DNA of 63,286 nt, counting the filler, from Craspedostauros australis (lineage: Eukaryota): assembly GCA_030167865.1 (NCBI GenBank). It is 4 parts of 4 records of this genome, joined end to end, with 100 filler letters (N's around TTAATTAATTAA, not from the genome) between each part and the next. Parts side by side here need not be neighbours in the genome. Positions count along the whole stretch, not along the records: positions 1 to 25,120 come from JALAGF010004038.1; 3 more parts are not named here. The stretch is one strand, 5' to 3'. A program made the translations under genes and the position numbers. Below the pieces are notes generated by a model that did no database searches, was not told where the DNA came from, and saw only the letters and a list, made by a program, of their open reading frames with translations. Positions 1 through 10,721 of this stretch are shown piece by piece. How positions within the stretch are numbered: position 1 is the stretch's first letter; each line of letters opens with the position of its first letter.

Positions 1-2400
1 CTCATTTCATCCAAGCTGCGATCTCTGCCTGTTCCTTTGCAGAAGGCCCTCATACTGGCATCGTACATTCGATCCTCGTTTGAGCTGGACCCTCTGCAGG
101 CGGTCTGGGACTACGAAGAGCAAAACAATCCCACAGGAGGTGACATTCTTCCCGCTCCAGCTCATAGCTCTGAACACGAAACAAGTACGCCACTTGCGGA
201 GTGGCTGGAACAGGCTGTTCTGGAGGGCCTTCTCGCGAACTCCATCGGTGGTGCAAGCTACCGCTTCGCACACGACCGCATCCAACAGACAGCACGCAAT
301 CTCGTGCCGTTCGGAGAGGTTCGAACCAAGCTCCGTCTGCGAATTGGCCAGTGCTTGTGGGAGTTCTGCACAAGGAGTGATGAAGCAAACAAAGCTAGAG
401 ATCAGGGAAATGACGGCAGCATTTTCTTCATCGCAGCCGATCACCTCAACTGCGCCCCAACCAAGGACCACCTCGCAGCGGCTCGACGAAACCTTCGGGT
501 TGGCGAGCACGCACTCCAAATCGCCGCATTGGTGCCTGCTGCAACGTATCTCCAACTTGCAAGCACTGCATTGCGCAAGGTGAGAGGTGACCCATGGCAG
601 GAACACTACGACTTGATGATTCGGTTGGTGCGCGCACGGTGCGGTGTCGAGCTCGCGCTAAATCGATTCGACTTGGGGTATTCGCTGGGATACGAGCTGC
701 TGGATCATGCTCGATCCATCCACGACAAGGTACTTACGTATATTGCGATGGCCAATGCCCTTGGCAAACAAAATGAGCACACAAGGGGCTTGCAGTTGGC
801 TCAACAAGGTGCCCAATTGTGTGGCAAGTACCCCAAGCGATGGTTCCTGTTGCATGCTGTGCCACAGCTTCTTTCTGCCAGAGCGTACTTGAAGAGAACA
901 ACCACGCAACAGTTCTTTGACCAGAATCCCATCACAACCAATCCGCAGACGTTGCTCTCGATGGATTTAATGCAAGAGATCACCGTCAGAGCGTACTCAT
1001 GCCAAGACATGCTATCATGGATGCTGACGACCGTGAGACTGATCCAAATCACGAGGAGGGATGGCATCTGCGAGTACTCTGCTGGTGCGATTATTAGTTT
1101 TTCTATCGCCCAGACAAGATGGGGCGAGTTTGCGGACGCTTGTAAATCTGCCAAGCTTGCGAAGGAGATCATTCGTAGGGTGGGCAGTGGTACGAAGACG
1201 GAGGGGTGGATCTATTACATTGTGGCACTCTACGTCGATTCATTCTACAAACCATGGCATGAAATAACAGGCGACTTCCAGCATGCTTACAAGTCAGCCA
1301 TGGCAGTTGGTGACGTTGAGCTCAGTGTGATGGCACAAAATACCGGCCTCGTCTTTGCATTCTTCCACGGACGTCCTCTGACCGAAGTGGTGCCAAACGC
1401 TCTCTCTCTCCTCGAGCAGATGAGGATGTACAAGATTGATACATTCAAGGGTGTGGTGACTGAAATGTTGACTCTGTACCAAAACATGCAAGGCACGATG
1501 GAGTTGGATTGGAAGGCACTCATGGATGTTGGCAAGTATGAGCATGCTGGTCCATTTGAGCGGGAAAATGCTTATTGGGGACGGCTCCACCTTGCGGTGT
1601 ATTTCGGAAAGTTCAAACACGCAGAGAAGATGGACCATATGCTCATGACGCATGACACCGGTGACGGCAACTTTGCCTTGGTCACATCCGTTGCCATTCT
1701 CAGCGGCGTCATGGCCTCTCACCGATACCGACAAACGAAGAAGAGCAAGTACCTCAAGATGCTGCGACAGCAAAAGCGGCAGCTGAAATACATCTGTGAT
1801 ATCCAAGGAACTTGCGCACTCCATCGGTACTTGATTCTACGTGCTGAGTGGAAAGCAATCAAGGCAGGAAACGCGAAGCCCGCCCTCGTGGAATCCTGCT
1901 ACAATGATGCCATCAAGCAAGCACGAGAAGGGGACCACCTCCATGAAGCAGGACTCGCGTGTGAGCTGGCAGGCAAACACATGCTGAGGAGCTGCAACCA
2001 AGACGATCCTCGCATAAGCAACTATTTCACTCAGGCATTGAGATTCTACGAAAGGTGGGGCGCTATTCCCAAGTGCAAGATCTTTCGTGAAGCCTACGGC
2101 GATTACATTGATGAAGATCGCGTGCGCGAGATGAAGATGCAAGGGAGCCTCGCAGATCAAGTCAAATCTCTCACCTTTTCGCAAGAACATCATGGCCAGT
2201 CGAGCGTCAACCAAGATCTGACGTCGGAGCGAACACCAAGCAATGCGCCAGTCCATTATGTTTCAGATGTAGCTTCGATGGGGAAAGCGGGCGACTCTCG
2301 AACAGTTACATCATCGAAGGACGGCAAAATGGGCAGCAGAGGCGACATGGAAAGTGCCAGGGACCACAGTGGTTTGATATCAACAGATACGTACTTGTAA
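1..2400 (+). CDS. COG3899-like STAND/AAA ATPase-associated protein with TPR-like helical C-terminal region (5'-truncated)
   Basis: Frame 1 is open from base 1 to TAA at 2398-2400. Motif YRFAHDRIQQTA (nt ~259-294) and the C-terminal YNDAIKQA...HEAGLACELAG...ALRFYERWGA pattern match the post-NTPase region of COG3899-type proteins. The P-loop would lie upstream of the window. Confidence 0.75.
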   Translation, partial: LISSKLRSLPVPLQKALILASYIRSSFELDPLQAVWDYEEQNNPTGGDILPAPAHSSEHETSTPLAEWLEQAVLEGLLANSIGGASYRFAHDRIQQTARNLVPFGEVRTKLRLRIGQCLWEFCTRSDEANKARDQGNDGSIFFIAADHLNCAPTKDHLAAARRNLRVGEHALQIAALVPAATYLQLASTALRKVRGDPWQEHYDLMIRLVRARCGVELALNRFDLGYSLGYELLDHARSIHDKVLTYIAMANALGKQNEHTRGLQLAQQGAQLCGKYPKRWFLLHAVPQLLSARAYLKRTTTQQFFDQNPITTNPQTLLSMDLMQEITVRAYSCQDMLSWMLTTVRLIQITRRDGICEYSAGAIISFSIAQTRWGEFADACKSAKLAKEIIRRVGSGTKTEGWIYYIVALYVDSFYKPWHEITGDFQHAYKSAMAVGDVELSVMAQNTGLVFAFFHGRPLTEVVPNALSLLEQMRMYKIDTFKGVVTEMLTLYQNMQGTMELDWKALMDVGKYEHAGPFERENAYWGRLHLAVYFGKFKHAEKMDHMLMTHDTGDGNFALVTSVAILSGVMASHRYRQTKKSKYLKMLRQQKRQLKYICDIQGTCALHRYLILRAEWKAIKAGNAKPALVESCYNDAIKQAREGDHLHEAGLACELAGKHMLRSCNQDDPRISNYFTQALRFYERWGAIPKCKIFREAYGDYIDEDRVREMKMQGSLADQVKSLTFSQEHHGQSSVNQDLTSERTPSNAPVHYVSDVASMGKAGDSRTVTSSKDGKMGSRGDMESARDHSGLISTDTYL

Positions 2401-2613
2401 GTTGGAGACGGATAGAGTAGTATAGTACACGGTGAATGTATTCGTGCTTCGACACGGCAGTGTAATCTGCTCTACTGTTTACGACCCACGATGGGTTTAT
2501 TGATTTTACAGTACGAGTGTGCACCATACGTTGTACTTTACCGAGTGTGCACCCTCCCACAACAAGGGATGAGAATTCCTTGGAATTCCTGCTGGAACAA
2601 ACTCGGAGCGAGC

Positions 2614-4518
2614 TCACAGTACTTCCACACTATTTGTACGTTGCCAGAGGCCGTCCCAATCATCACCCAGCAATTCTGCAAGCTTGCGGTTGTGCGGTTC
2701 AAAGAACCTCCGCATGTAGCTGACGATTTCGTTCTCATTCTCCGTATACTCCCTCGTGTTGCGCGGCGAGTCATCTTCGATGGAATAGTTCGGCAGACCC
2801 AAATGTTCCCACACCTTTTCCATGGTTGCGCCAACGCCATCCTCTTTCAACTTTTCCAAGGAAAGCACCAGGAACTGATCTCGATCGAATTCGCGGAACC
2901 AGGTGCGCAGTTGCAACGCGTACATGCCACGCGTGAGCAAACCGTACGAACCCGTCTTCAAGGGAACGTGGAGTTCCAAGTATTGTTCCCATGCTTCGTC
3001 CTCCCTGGGCGTGCCGGCGAAGCTATCGAAGACTGCTTCGTCAACCCTGCCCTCGTCCTTGTCCCAGTACGGAATCAACCCGCAATCCTCCAGCTTCTCC
3101 AACTCATCTTCGATGACTTGCTTCAGCGACTTCTCACGCCACTCACTGCCACGTGTTTTGAGCTGGGCTGCGGTCCCCACGGGCGATGTGACCATTGCGT
3201 AGTGCGATTCCGCCCGTTTGACGGGATCCCGCAGCATGACGAAGAACTTGGGCTTCCAATCGAAGAGGAGCTTCATGCGTGGGATAACGCGGCGGGTGTC
3301 GATCAAATAGCTGGGCGTGGAATCGCCCGTCATGCAGGATGGTGCCAACTTGAGATGCTCGGCCTGGTAGAACATCTGGCAATGCGCCAGCTGCTGCTTC
3401 TTGGTCTTGAGCGCATCATTCCACCTCCAGTCCAGACAGTGCGTCTCGCGATTGCGCGGTTTGATGATGAGAGGATGCTGCATCATGTACTCGTATAGCG
3501 ACGTCGTTCCCGATTTCTGAGCACCCAAGATGAAGAAGCTCGGGGTGGAGCGTGGGTTCTGCTTTGCTTCCTTCAGGCGGTCAATCGATCTCCTCGTTTG
3601 CACCAACGTCTCCCCCTTGTCCAAATGGATGCGCTCCTTCGGTTGCATCGTGTAATCCAAGATGATATGGACCCTCGAGTCGCTGCCGCAATTGCTGACA
3701 GCGTGCTTGGCCTGGTTGTTGATCTCGAAGACGTGGCCCGGAGTGCAGTCGATGCGCTGCATCATGTCCGGCGTCGGTCCGCATCGGAACAGGACCTTGG
3801 ACGGATCCTCGACGACCAACGGGACGTGAACCCGATGCGTGTGCTTGACCCATTCGCCTGTGTCGTGATGGACGGGGATGGTCACGCCCGGAGGCAGGCT
3901 CGCCAGCAGCACTCGCACGAGCGTGTGTCCCTTCGGCAGCAAATCCAGCACGGGCTGCAGCGCGGCCTCGAAGTCCTTCCACCATGGGAATTCGTATATC
4001 TTGGACAAGAAGTCGTCGCAGAAGAGGAGCACGATCTTCCCAATCCCCCACGCATCATGGGCCGGCCTCGTCAGCCTGACATTGTGCTTCGCAGCGTTCC
4101 GCGGATCCCAGTAGTTGGTCGATGAAAGCTCCGGGACCGGCGTTGGGTCCTTCTTGTCCTCCTCCGTCTTTTTGGATCTGGTCATGTGCAGCGGGTACTT
4201 GTAGTTGTATCCTTCGATCACCATCTGCTGCAGCGCGGACACGTCAGCATGGCCGAGGGTGCTGAAGCAAGTGGGGCAATCCAGCTGCTGTACCTCGATT
4301 TCCGCGTTCACCTTGGCCTCGCCGGGGTCGGAGTTGGGGCCGGGACTTGCAGGCGGCACGACGTGGATCGTCGCGTCGAAGACCTCGAATGTCGGACGTT
4401 GCTTGTCAGAAGCTGATATCTCGTGATACTGGAACGGCGCGCACGGCATTCCGTCCTTGACCATCCGCACGGCCTCCTGATGCTGCTCTTCGATCTTCTC
4501 CTTCGATGTTCCTGCCAT
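2614..4518 (-). CDS. Fusion of aspartyl/asparaginyl beta-hydroxylase-like 2OG-Fe(II) oxygenase and PAPS-dependent sulfotransferase (634 aa, intronless)
   Basis: ATG at 4518 (MAGTSKEK). Oxygenase motifs IPVHHDTG (HxD), RVHVPL and EINNQAKHAVSN...RVHIILD (distal His). Sulfotransferase 5'-PSB FILGAQKSGTTSLY and 3'-PB MLRDPVKRAES motifs. Confidence 0.85.
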   Translation of the reverse strand: MAGTSKEKIEEQHQEAVRMVKDGMPCAPFQYHEISASDKQRPTFEVFDATIHVVPPASPGPNSDPGEAKVNAEIEVQQLDCPTCFSTLGHADVSALQQMVIEGYNYKYPLHMTRSKKTEEDKKDPTPVPELSSTNYWDPRNAAKHNVRLTRPAHDAWGIGKIVLLFCDDFLSKIYEFPWWKDFEAALQPVLDLLPKGHTLVRVLLASLPPGVTIPVHHDTGEWVKHTHRVHVPLVVEDPSKVLFRCGPTPDMMQRIDCTPGHVFEINNQAKHAVSNCGSDSRVHIILDYTMQPKERIHLDKGETLVQTRRSIDRLKEAKQNPRSTPSFFILGAQKSGTTSLYEYMMQHPLIIKPRNRETHCLDWRWNDALKTKKQQLAHCQMFYQAEHLKLAPSCMTGDSTPSYLIDTRRVIPRMKLLFDWKPKFFVMLRDPVKRAESHYAMVTSPVGTAAQLKTRGSEWREKSLKQVIEDELEKLEDCGLIPYWDKDEGRVDEAVFDSFAGTPREDEAWEQYLELHVPLKTGSYGLLTRGMYALQLRTWFREFDRDQFLVLSLEKLKEDGVGATMEKVWEHLGLPNYSIEDDSPRNTREYTENENEIVSYMRRFFEPHNRKLAELLGDDWDGLWQRTNSVEVL

Positions 4519-5228
4519 TTTGTTGCTTGCCGCTGATATGTATTGTATCACACTTCGGAGGGGTTGGTTGGTTGGTTGGTTGGTTGGTGAATGGTTGGTT
4601 TGTGAATGGTTGTCGCAAGATTTTGATGGATGGTGATCGGGCAGAGGGAGGGTTGGATGGATCGATGGATCCCAACAGAAACGAATCAACAGTTCGCCGC
4701 TCTTTGATTCGCCATGGTGCCTCGCTTTCTTCCTTCGTTGTTGGTGTGAAATCCTATGATCTGTCATACGTCCGCTTATGCCCATTTGGGCATTGATTAG
4801 CCCCAAAACTCCTGCGAAGAACTTTTCCACACATGATTACGTTCGACTTTCAATCACGAGCAATGCTTCTTTGAGATTGTGGCGATTCCATCGCGTTTCT
4901 CTCTTTCGAGAACAACGAATCCACAGCAACAGAAACAACGCGGGGCACGACTCTGTGAACCGGCAAGGATCGCTTCCTGTTGGGTTCGTGAGGAAGAGGA
5001 TGCAATCGAGATCAACCACCACAATACTTCACTGTTGCAACTTCGCACTGTTGTGGGCAAGAAAGAATTGCGATAGCGTCGTGGCGAAACATTGACCAAC
5101 ACTCGTGTTCAGTGGAAGAGCGCACAGAGACACCTTCCCTCCTTCTCCACCATCCGCCCACGAGTAGATACGCACAGAGACGTGGACGCGGACTCGTACT
5201 ATACAAGCAATAAAACGTGGGAGACAAG

Positions 5229-8200
5229 ATGACGAAGCTATCGGACCAGCAGCAGAAGAAGAAGGAGGTGGACCGCCTGATGCGGACGATGGACCTGCAG
5301 TCCAAGATCGGCCAGCTGAGCCAGGTGGAGATCAACCTCATGGTCAACAACAACCGCACCGCGTTGCGCCAAGATATGGTGGACCATTACATCGGGGAGC
5401 TGGGAGTTGGATCCGTCCTGAATGTCGTTTCCGGCGACGTGCCGTGGACCGCACGAGATTTCCGAAGGGCGGCGGTTCTGATCCAGGCGACGGCAAAGAA
5501 GTACGGACGTCCGCCAGTCATCTGGGGGCTTGACAGCGTGCATGGTGCCAACTACGTCCATGGGCGCTTGGTCACGCCGCAGCCCATCAATCTCGCGGCG
5601 ACCTTCGATCGGGACCACTCTCGCAGGGCAGGGATTCTGGCCAGCCGTGACACGCGCAAGGCGGGAATCAACTGGCTCTTCTCGCCCCTCCTGGGCATCG
5701 CGTGGGAACCCAGGTGGAGCCGAGTGTACGAGACCTTTGGCGAAGACCCGTTCGTCGTTGGTGAGCTCGCGCAGCAAATGATCCAGGGTATTCAGCAGCT
5801 TGATGACGATCAGGACGGCAACACCACACTCACCCCGAGCAAGGCGGCGGCATGCGCCAAGCACTTCCTGGGGTACTCGTTGCCGCACAACGGCCACGAC
5901 CGTTCTCCCAGCTGGATTCCAACCCGCCATCTGTTCCAGTACTTCCTGCCGCCATGGCAAAAGGTCGTTGGCGAAGTCGAGACAGTCATGGAGAGCTACA
6001 CGGAAACCGACGGCGTGCCCAACGTGGCCAACAGAGCCGCGCTTGACAAGATCCTGCGCCATCGCCTGGGCTTCGACAAGCTTCTCGTCACCGACTACAA
6101 CGAGATCTACAATCTCAACGACTGGCACCGAACCACAGGGAACCTCACGCAGGCGGTCCTCAAATCAATGCAGGAAGGGGCCGTGGACATGAGCATGATC
6201 CCTTGGGATGCGGATACTTACTTGGGCGCTCTGTCTGCGTATCACGATGATCACGAGATCTCCATGGCGAGAATCGACGACAGCGTTCGAAGAGTTCTCG
6301 AACTCAAGCAACGATTGAACATGTTCGACGAGGAGATCAAGGAGGACGATCTCGATTTCTCGCCTCCGACCGATGAGGAAACCCAGCAGGTGATGGACAT
6401 GACACGGGATTCCATCATCTTGGCCAAGAATGAAGGCAACGCATTGCCGCTTGCGTCGGATGAAGAACTGAAGGTGCTGATAACAGGACCAACCGGCAAA
6501 TCTCTGTCGTACCAATCCGGTGGCTGGACGTGGACGTGGCAAGGCATCGAACCGGCCGATGAATCATCGTGGTACACGTACGGCAGCACGGTGCTGGGTG
6601 CGATCCAAAATAGCGACGAAGAAGTCAAGTGGGATGTCACCTACACCTGCGGCGTCGATATTCTGGGAGGCGAGTGCGAGGACTCCGAAAGCGACATCAG
6701 CAAGCAAAAGGCGGATAGTGGCAAGAAGGATGACGTCCTCAGCAAGGTCAAAGGTTGGATTGGTTGGGGCGATGATGACCCAACCTCCTACGTCGCTATC
6801 GAACGCGCCGTGGCTGATGCGAAAGACAAGGATGTCGTCATCATCTGTGTCGGAGAAGAGAGCTACGCCGAGAAACCGGGGGATATTCGGTCCTTGCGTC
6901 TCCCGCAGGGTCAGTATGCCTTGGTGGAAGCAATTCGCGCAAATACGGATGCAAAGATCGTATTGGTGTACTTCGGTGGTCGGCCAAGGTTGCTGGCGGA
7001 TATGGTTGTGAGTACTGTGCAATGTCGTGTTCTGCCATCCACTTGGACATGTGTTGTTGGGTGTTTGTGTTTGCCATCAGCATTCTCGATCGATGCATTG
7101 CGCTGATTCGTGGCCAGTCCATCCAGATCAAGGAGTGGCATCGCATGGTACCTCTCAGCCTCCTCATACCATGCAAACGCATGGTACACGCAGAGCACCC
7201 ATTGCTGTTTCCTGCTGCTTGGCGTTCAACTTCAATGGTCACCACATCGTGCACTCACCACGCCCCGACAATGACGGTTACGTTGCCACACTCGACTTTT
7301 TCACGATTGTTTATCCTTTCGCAAACCTCCTCCGCCCACAACGCGACGCAATTCGAATCCATTGCTGCGATGGGGTCATCACAGGAGCATTCCGACGCTG
7401 TGATCCTCGGTTTCTTGCCCGGTCCGATGGCGGGTCAAGCAATTCTTGATATCATGACAGGGAGCCACAACCCGAGTGCCAAGCTCCCCATCACGTATCC
7501 ACTGCATGAAGATGCAGCAGGATCGCCGTACATGCATGCCGTGTCCGACCAATGCACAGAAGACACTGGCGGACCTTTGCCGCATTACAACTACATCCAA
7601 TGCGGAGTGCAGTGGCCGTTTGGGCATGGCCTTAGCTACACCGAGTTCAAGTACCATGACCTCCAAGTCACACCGGACCAGATCCATCATGAATGGCAAA
7701 AAGATGACGGGAAGATCGATGTATCAGTGACTGTGACGAACACTGGCTCGATCGCAGGCCACGAGACGGTGATGGCGTTTTCATTCGACGATCATCGATC
7801 GACGACGCCCGAATACAAGCGGCTGAGAGGCTTTGAAAAGGTCTTCCTGGAGCCTGCCGAGTCCAAGGATGTCGTCATCTCCATACCGGTGTCGGACCTT
7901 CGCTTCGTTGGCCCGCACGATGATTCTCACTACATCTACGAATCTCTAACATTCAAGATTGGAATCGGCGCAGGAACCGATTGCAGAGTCGCCCCGATAG
8001 ATGGTAGCGTCCAACCATGCTCGGGGCCCATCTCGTTGACGGTGGATAATGACTATGTCGGCGCGTGCGAGAGCGCATGCAGCATCTGGAATGAGAGCGG
8101 TTGCATGAAAATGATGGGATTGGATTCCAAGTCCTGTCGCAAGCAATGCACATCCATTCATGACGATGAATCCTTGCAAATGAACAACGACGGATGGTAC

Positions 8201-8869
8201 GTTTGTGTTGACGGAACACTTGGTCTGCGAGGACTCTGCGCAGTCGAATCCAAGATTGTTCAGAGTGTTCAGATTGCCAGCTGGTCATGTGTGAGGAAGA
8301 GGTTTGCGCTACTCCTGAGCAGAGTGAAGTGGAGTACTTTGTTCTGCACTGTTTTATTCCTGCCGTCCGTGAGCTCGATATAGCGTCTCATCGAATCAAC
8401 CCAATCTGCCATCCGAATTACCGTTCTCCTTCTTTTGCTTCGTCTATCCCAACCACACATTCGTATGCATCGTGCCTCGAACTACCTCGTCTTCATCTGC
8501 CATGCTTCCAACCTCAACAGGGGATACAACTACGTGCAATGCTTGGAGAATGTGGTGTGGAGCAACAATTTCCGTGCGGACACGTCGCAGTGCTGGAAGA
8601 TGACAACATTCTGTCGGAACATCATGATCACGCCTGGGATGGATGAGCTGGGCCACGGAAACACTCCCGGAGCCTTTGCCGACTTCGGAGGCGGTGGCGG
8701 AGTTGCTGCGATCGTCGTTCTCGTCATGGCACTGATCGCAGGGGCACTGTCAACCTTCGCAATCATCACTGCCCTGCGTGGGGGCTTCTCCAAGAAATTG
8801 ACTCGGTTCCAAACCGCAGAATTTACCAGGGTTGCAACGGAAGCATATGAAGATCAAGTTGTACTGTAA
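5229..8869 (+). CDS. Glycoside hydrolase family 3 beta-glucosidase with Fn3-like domain, Cys-rich segment and C-terminal transmembrane helix (~979 aa, 3 exons)
   Basis: Exons 5229-7007, 7385-8196 and 8521-8869; GT-AG introns join in frame (DMV|EHSDAV; DG-W-GYNY). GH3 motifs PRWSRVYETFGEDP, AACAKHF, LLVTDY (nucleophile Asp), WPFGHGLSYT and VTVTNTG...LRGFEKV. TM segment VAAIVVLVMALIAGALSTFAIITAL. Confidence 0.88.
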
Positions 8870-9010
8870 GAGCAGTTGCTTCGAGTTGTGTACAAGAAAT
8901 ATAATTATAGTATGCACTTTCTTACATTCGATGGGAGAACAGGATATTGTGGATGTAGTATTCTAGCTACGAGTACGAGCACAAGTACAAGCACAAGCAC
9001 ATGCTGATGC

Positions 9011-10721
9011 TCAGGCAACGAGGGTTCCGTTGGGGATGGGGAATTGATCATCCTGTCCAATCCTGGCGTACTGCCTCAGCTCCACGGCGTTGCTGCCGCT
9101 GCTGGGATTCTCGAAGGGACTGTCATGGACGTAGCGAACGGAGCCATGCTGGCTGGCAAACTTTGACCGCTTGATGGCAAGCACCACCGCGATGAAAATG
9201 AATGCGCAACCGCCAATCGTGGACACGAGCTGTTGGATGGTTTGGTTTGACGATCCAGAGCCTACCGACGCCGACTTCTTGACTTCGATCTGCACTTCGG
9301 GGCCTTTTGACTCCGGCAGCTCTCTAACCACAGCCTCTGCACACGCGCTTCCTCCAACACAGATGCTGTCGCCGATGATCATGACCTTGGTGAGGTCTTC
9401 CGCGGCGAGGTGGGAGCAGCTGGAATCTCCCTTGCAAGAGTGTTTACCGAGGGCGAACTGACCTTGCATCGATTGGCATGCGCGGATTCCGCTGCAGCTG
9501 TCATCTCCGACAGTGATGAGATCATCGGAAGCGTAGCAGGCTTCGAGGCCCACGCAGCTTCGTTTGCCGATGGTGACATCGCTGTTGGCTTCCATTGCGA
9601 CATCATGGCATGCGTAGTCACCCTTGCAGGCATCGTTGTCGATGGTGATGGTGGTTGCCTTGTGCGGCGGAGCGGCTGCGATGCCTTCACACGCTCGCTC
9701 TCCTGTGCAGGCCCGATGTCCGATGTTCACATGCCGAACGTCAAATTCACCGCAGGAAGTATCGCCAATGCAAGCTTCTGGGCCGATGTTGTAGGTATGC
9801 CACTTGTTGGCAACGCCATGTCGAGATCCTTCCCTTGCGCACAAGCTGCTCAGTTCGTCGCCCCTGCCGCGGCAGCTGTTTGGAAAGATGACTGTTTCTG
9901 GGCCAACTCCAGCACACCTGAATGTGGGTAAGAGGGGTGCGGGATGGGAAGCATTGCGATTGAGCATGGAGGGAAGAATAGTTGAGGAGAGTGGAGCGGA
10001 GTAGTTGTAGGGCACAAAAGACAATATTGGAAAGAATGAAACGAACGAGATGTGAGAGACGTGTGTTGCTCGTTTTGGCCCCTTGTTACCTCCTTTGACA
10101 GACATGTGTTGTACTTCTTCGCCTGGATGTCACACGATCGTGGGCGTTTGCAAGCTCGATCAAAGGGAAATCCAGCCAGCGTGCAATCGGCGACCGAAAC
10201 ATGAGTTGCAGAAGCAACACGTTGCACCACGTTGACTCAATGATCCTCCACAATCTGCAACCACCACCTTTGGATGGTTGATGCAGAGTGATGTCACAGG
10301 AAACTTACGCGTGGTTTCCAACACAGGATCCCTTGCAGACCGTCATGATTTCATCCTTGCTGTGTGTGGAGCATGTGCCTTCTCCGATGCAGCAATCTCC
10401 CTTGCACTTGGATCGCACTTCTTCCCCTGTGCCAGTGAAGCAGATGCCTTCCCTGACAAGCTTATCCAGAAGAGGTACGCGCCATGCCGGCTTCGAAAAG
10501 TTTGTGTCGGCGTAGGATGCTTGCACAGCTCTGGCCGTCTTGGCGTCGAGCTTCCAAGCCTCTGGACGGACACTCGATGGATGCGTCGCATGGTTGGTGC
10601 CATGTACCCTGTTCGAGTGCACTGGAGCGGCAAGCAAAGTCGTGATGGCGATCGCCATCCAGAAAAGGCTGGCGATGCATGCCGATGAGGGCGTTGATGA
10701 AGAAGCCGATCCTATCCTCAT
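9011..10721 (-). CDS. Type I membrane protein with ~9 Cys-rich (I/V)Gxx(A/S)CxGxx(A/S)C repeats (~439 aa, 2 exons)
   Basis: Exons 10721-10309 and 9917-9011; intron GTAAGT...TTCAG joins GNHA|CAGVG in frame. N-terminal hydrophobic signal-like stretch (IASLFWMAIAITTLLAA), Cys repeats, TM LVSTIGGCAFIFIAVVLAI and a cytosolic tail. Confidence 0.75.

Noticed and set aside
4519..4830. N-terminal extensions given by the ORF track (also 13481-13738, 28389-28790, 47394-47678, 53967-54410)
   Set aside because: Translate CA-rich leaders or microsatellites, several from non-ATG starts; downstream ATGs have better context.
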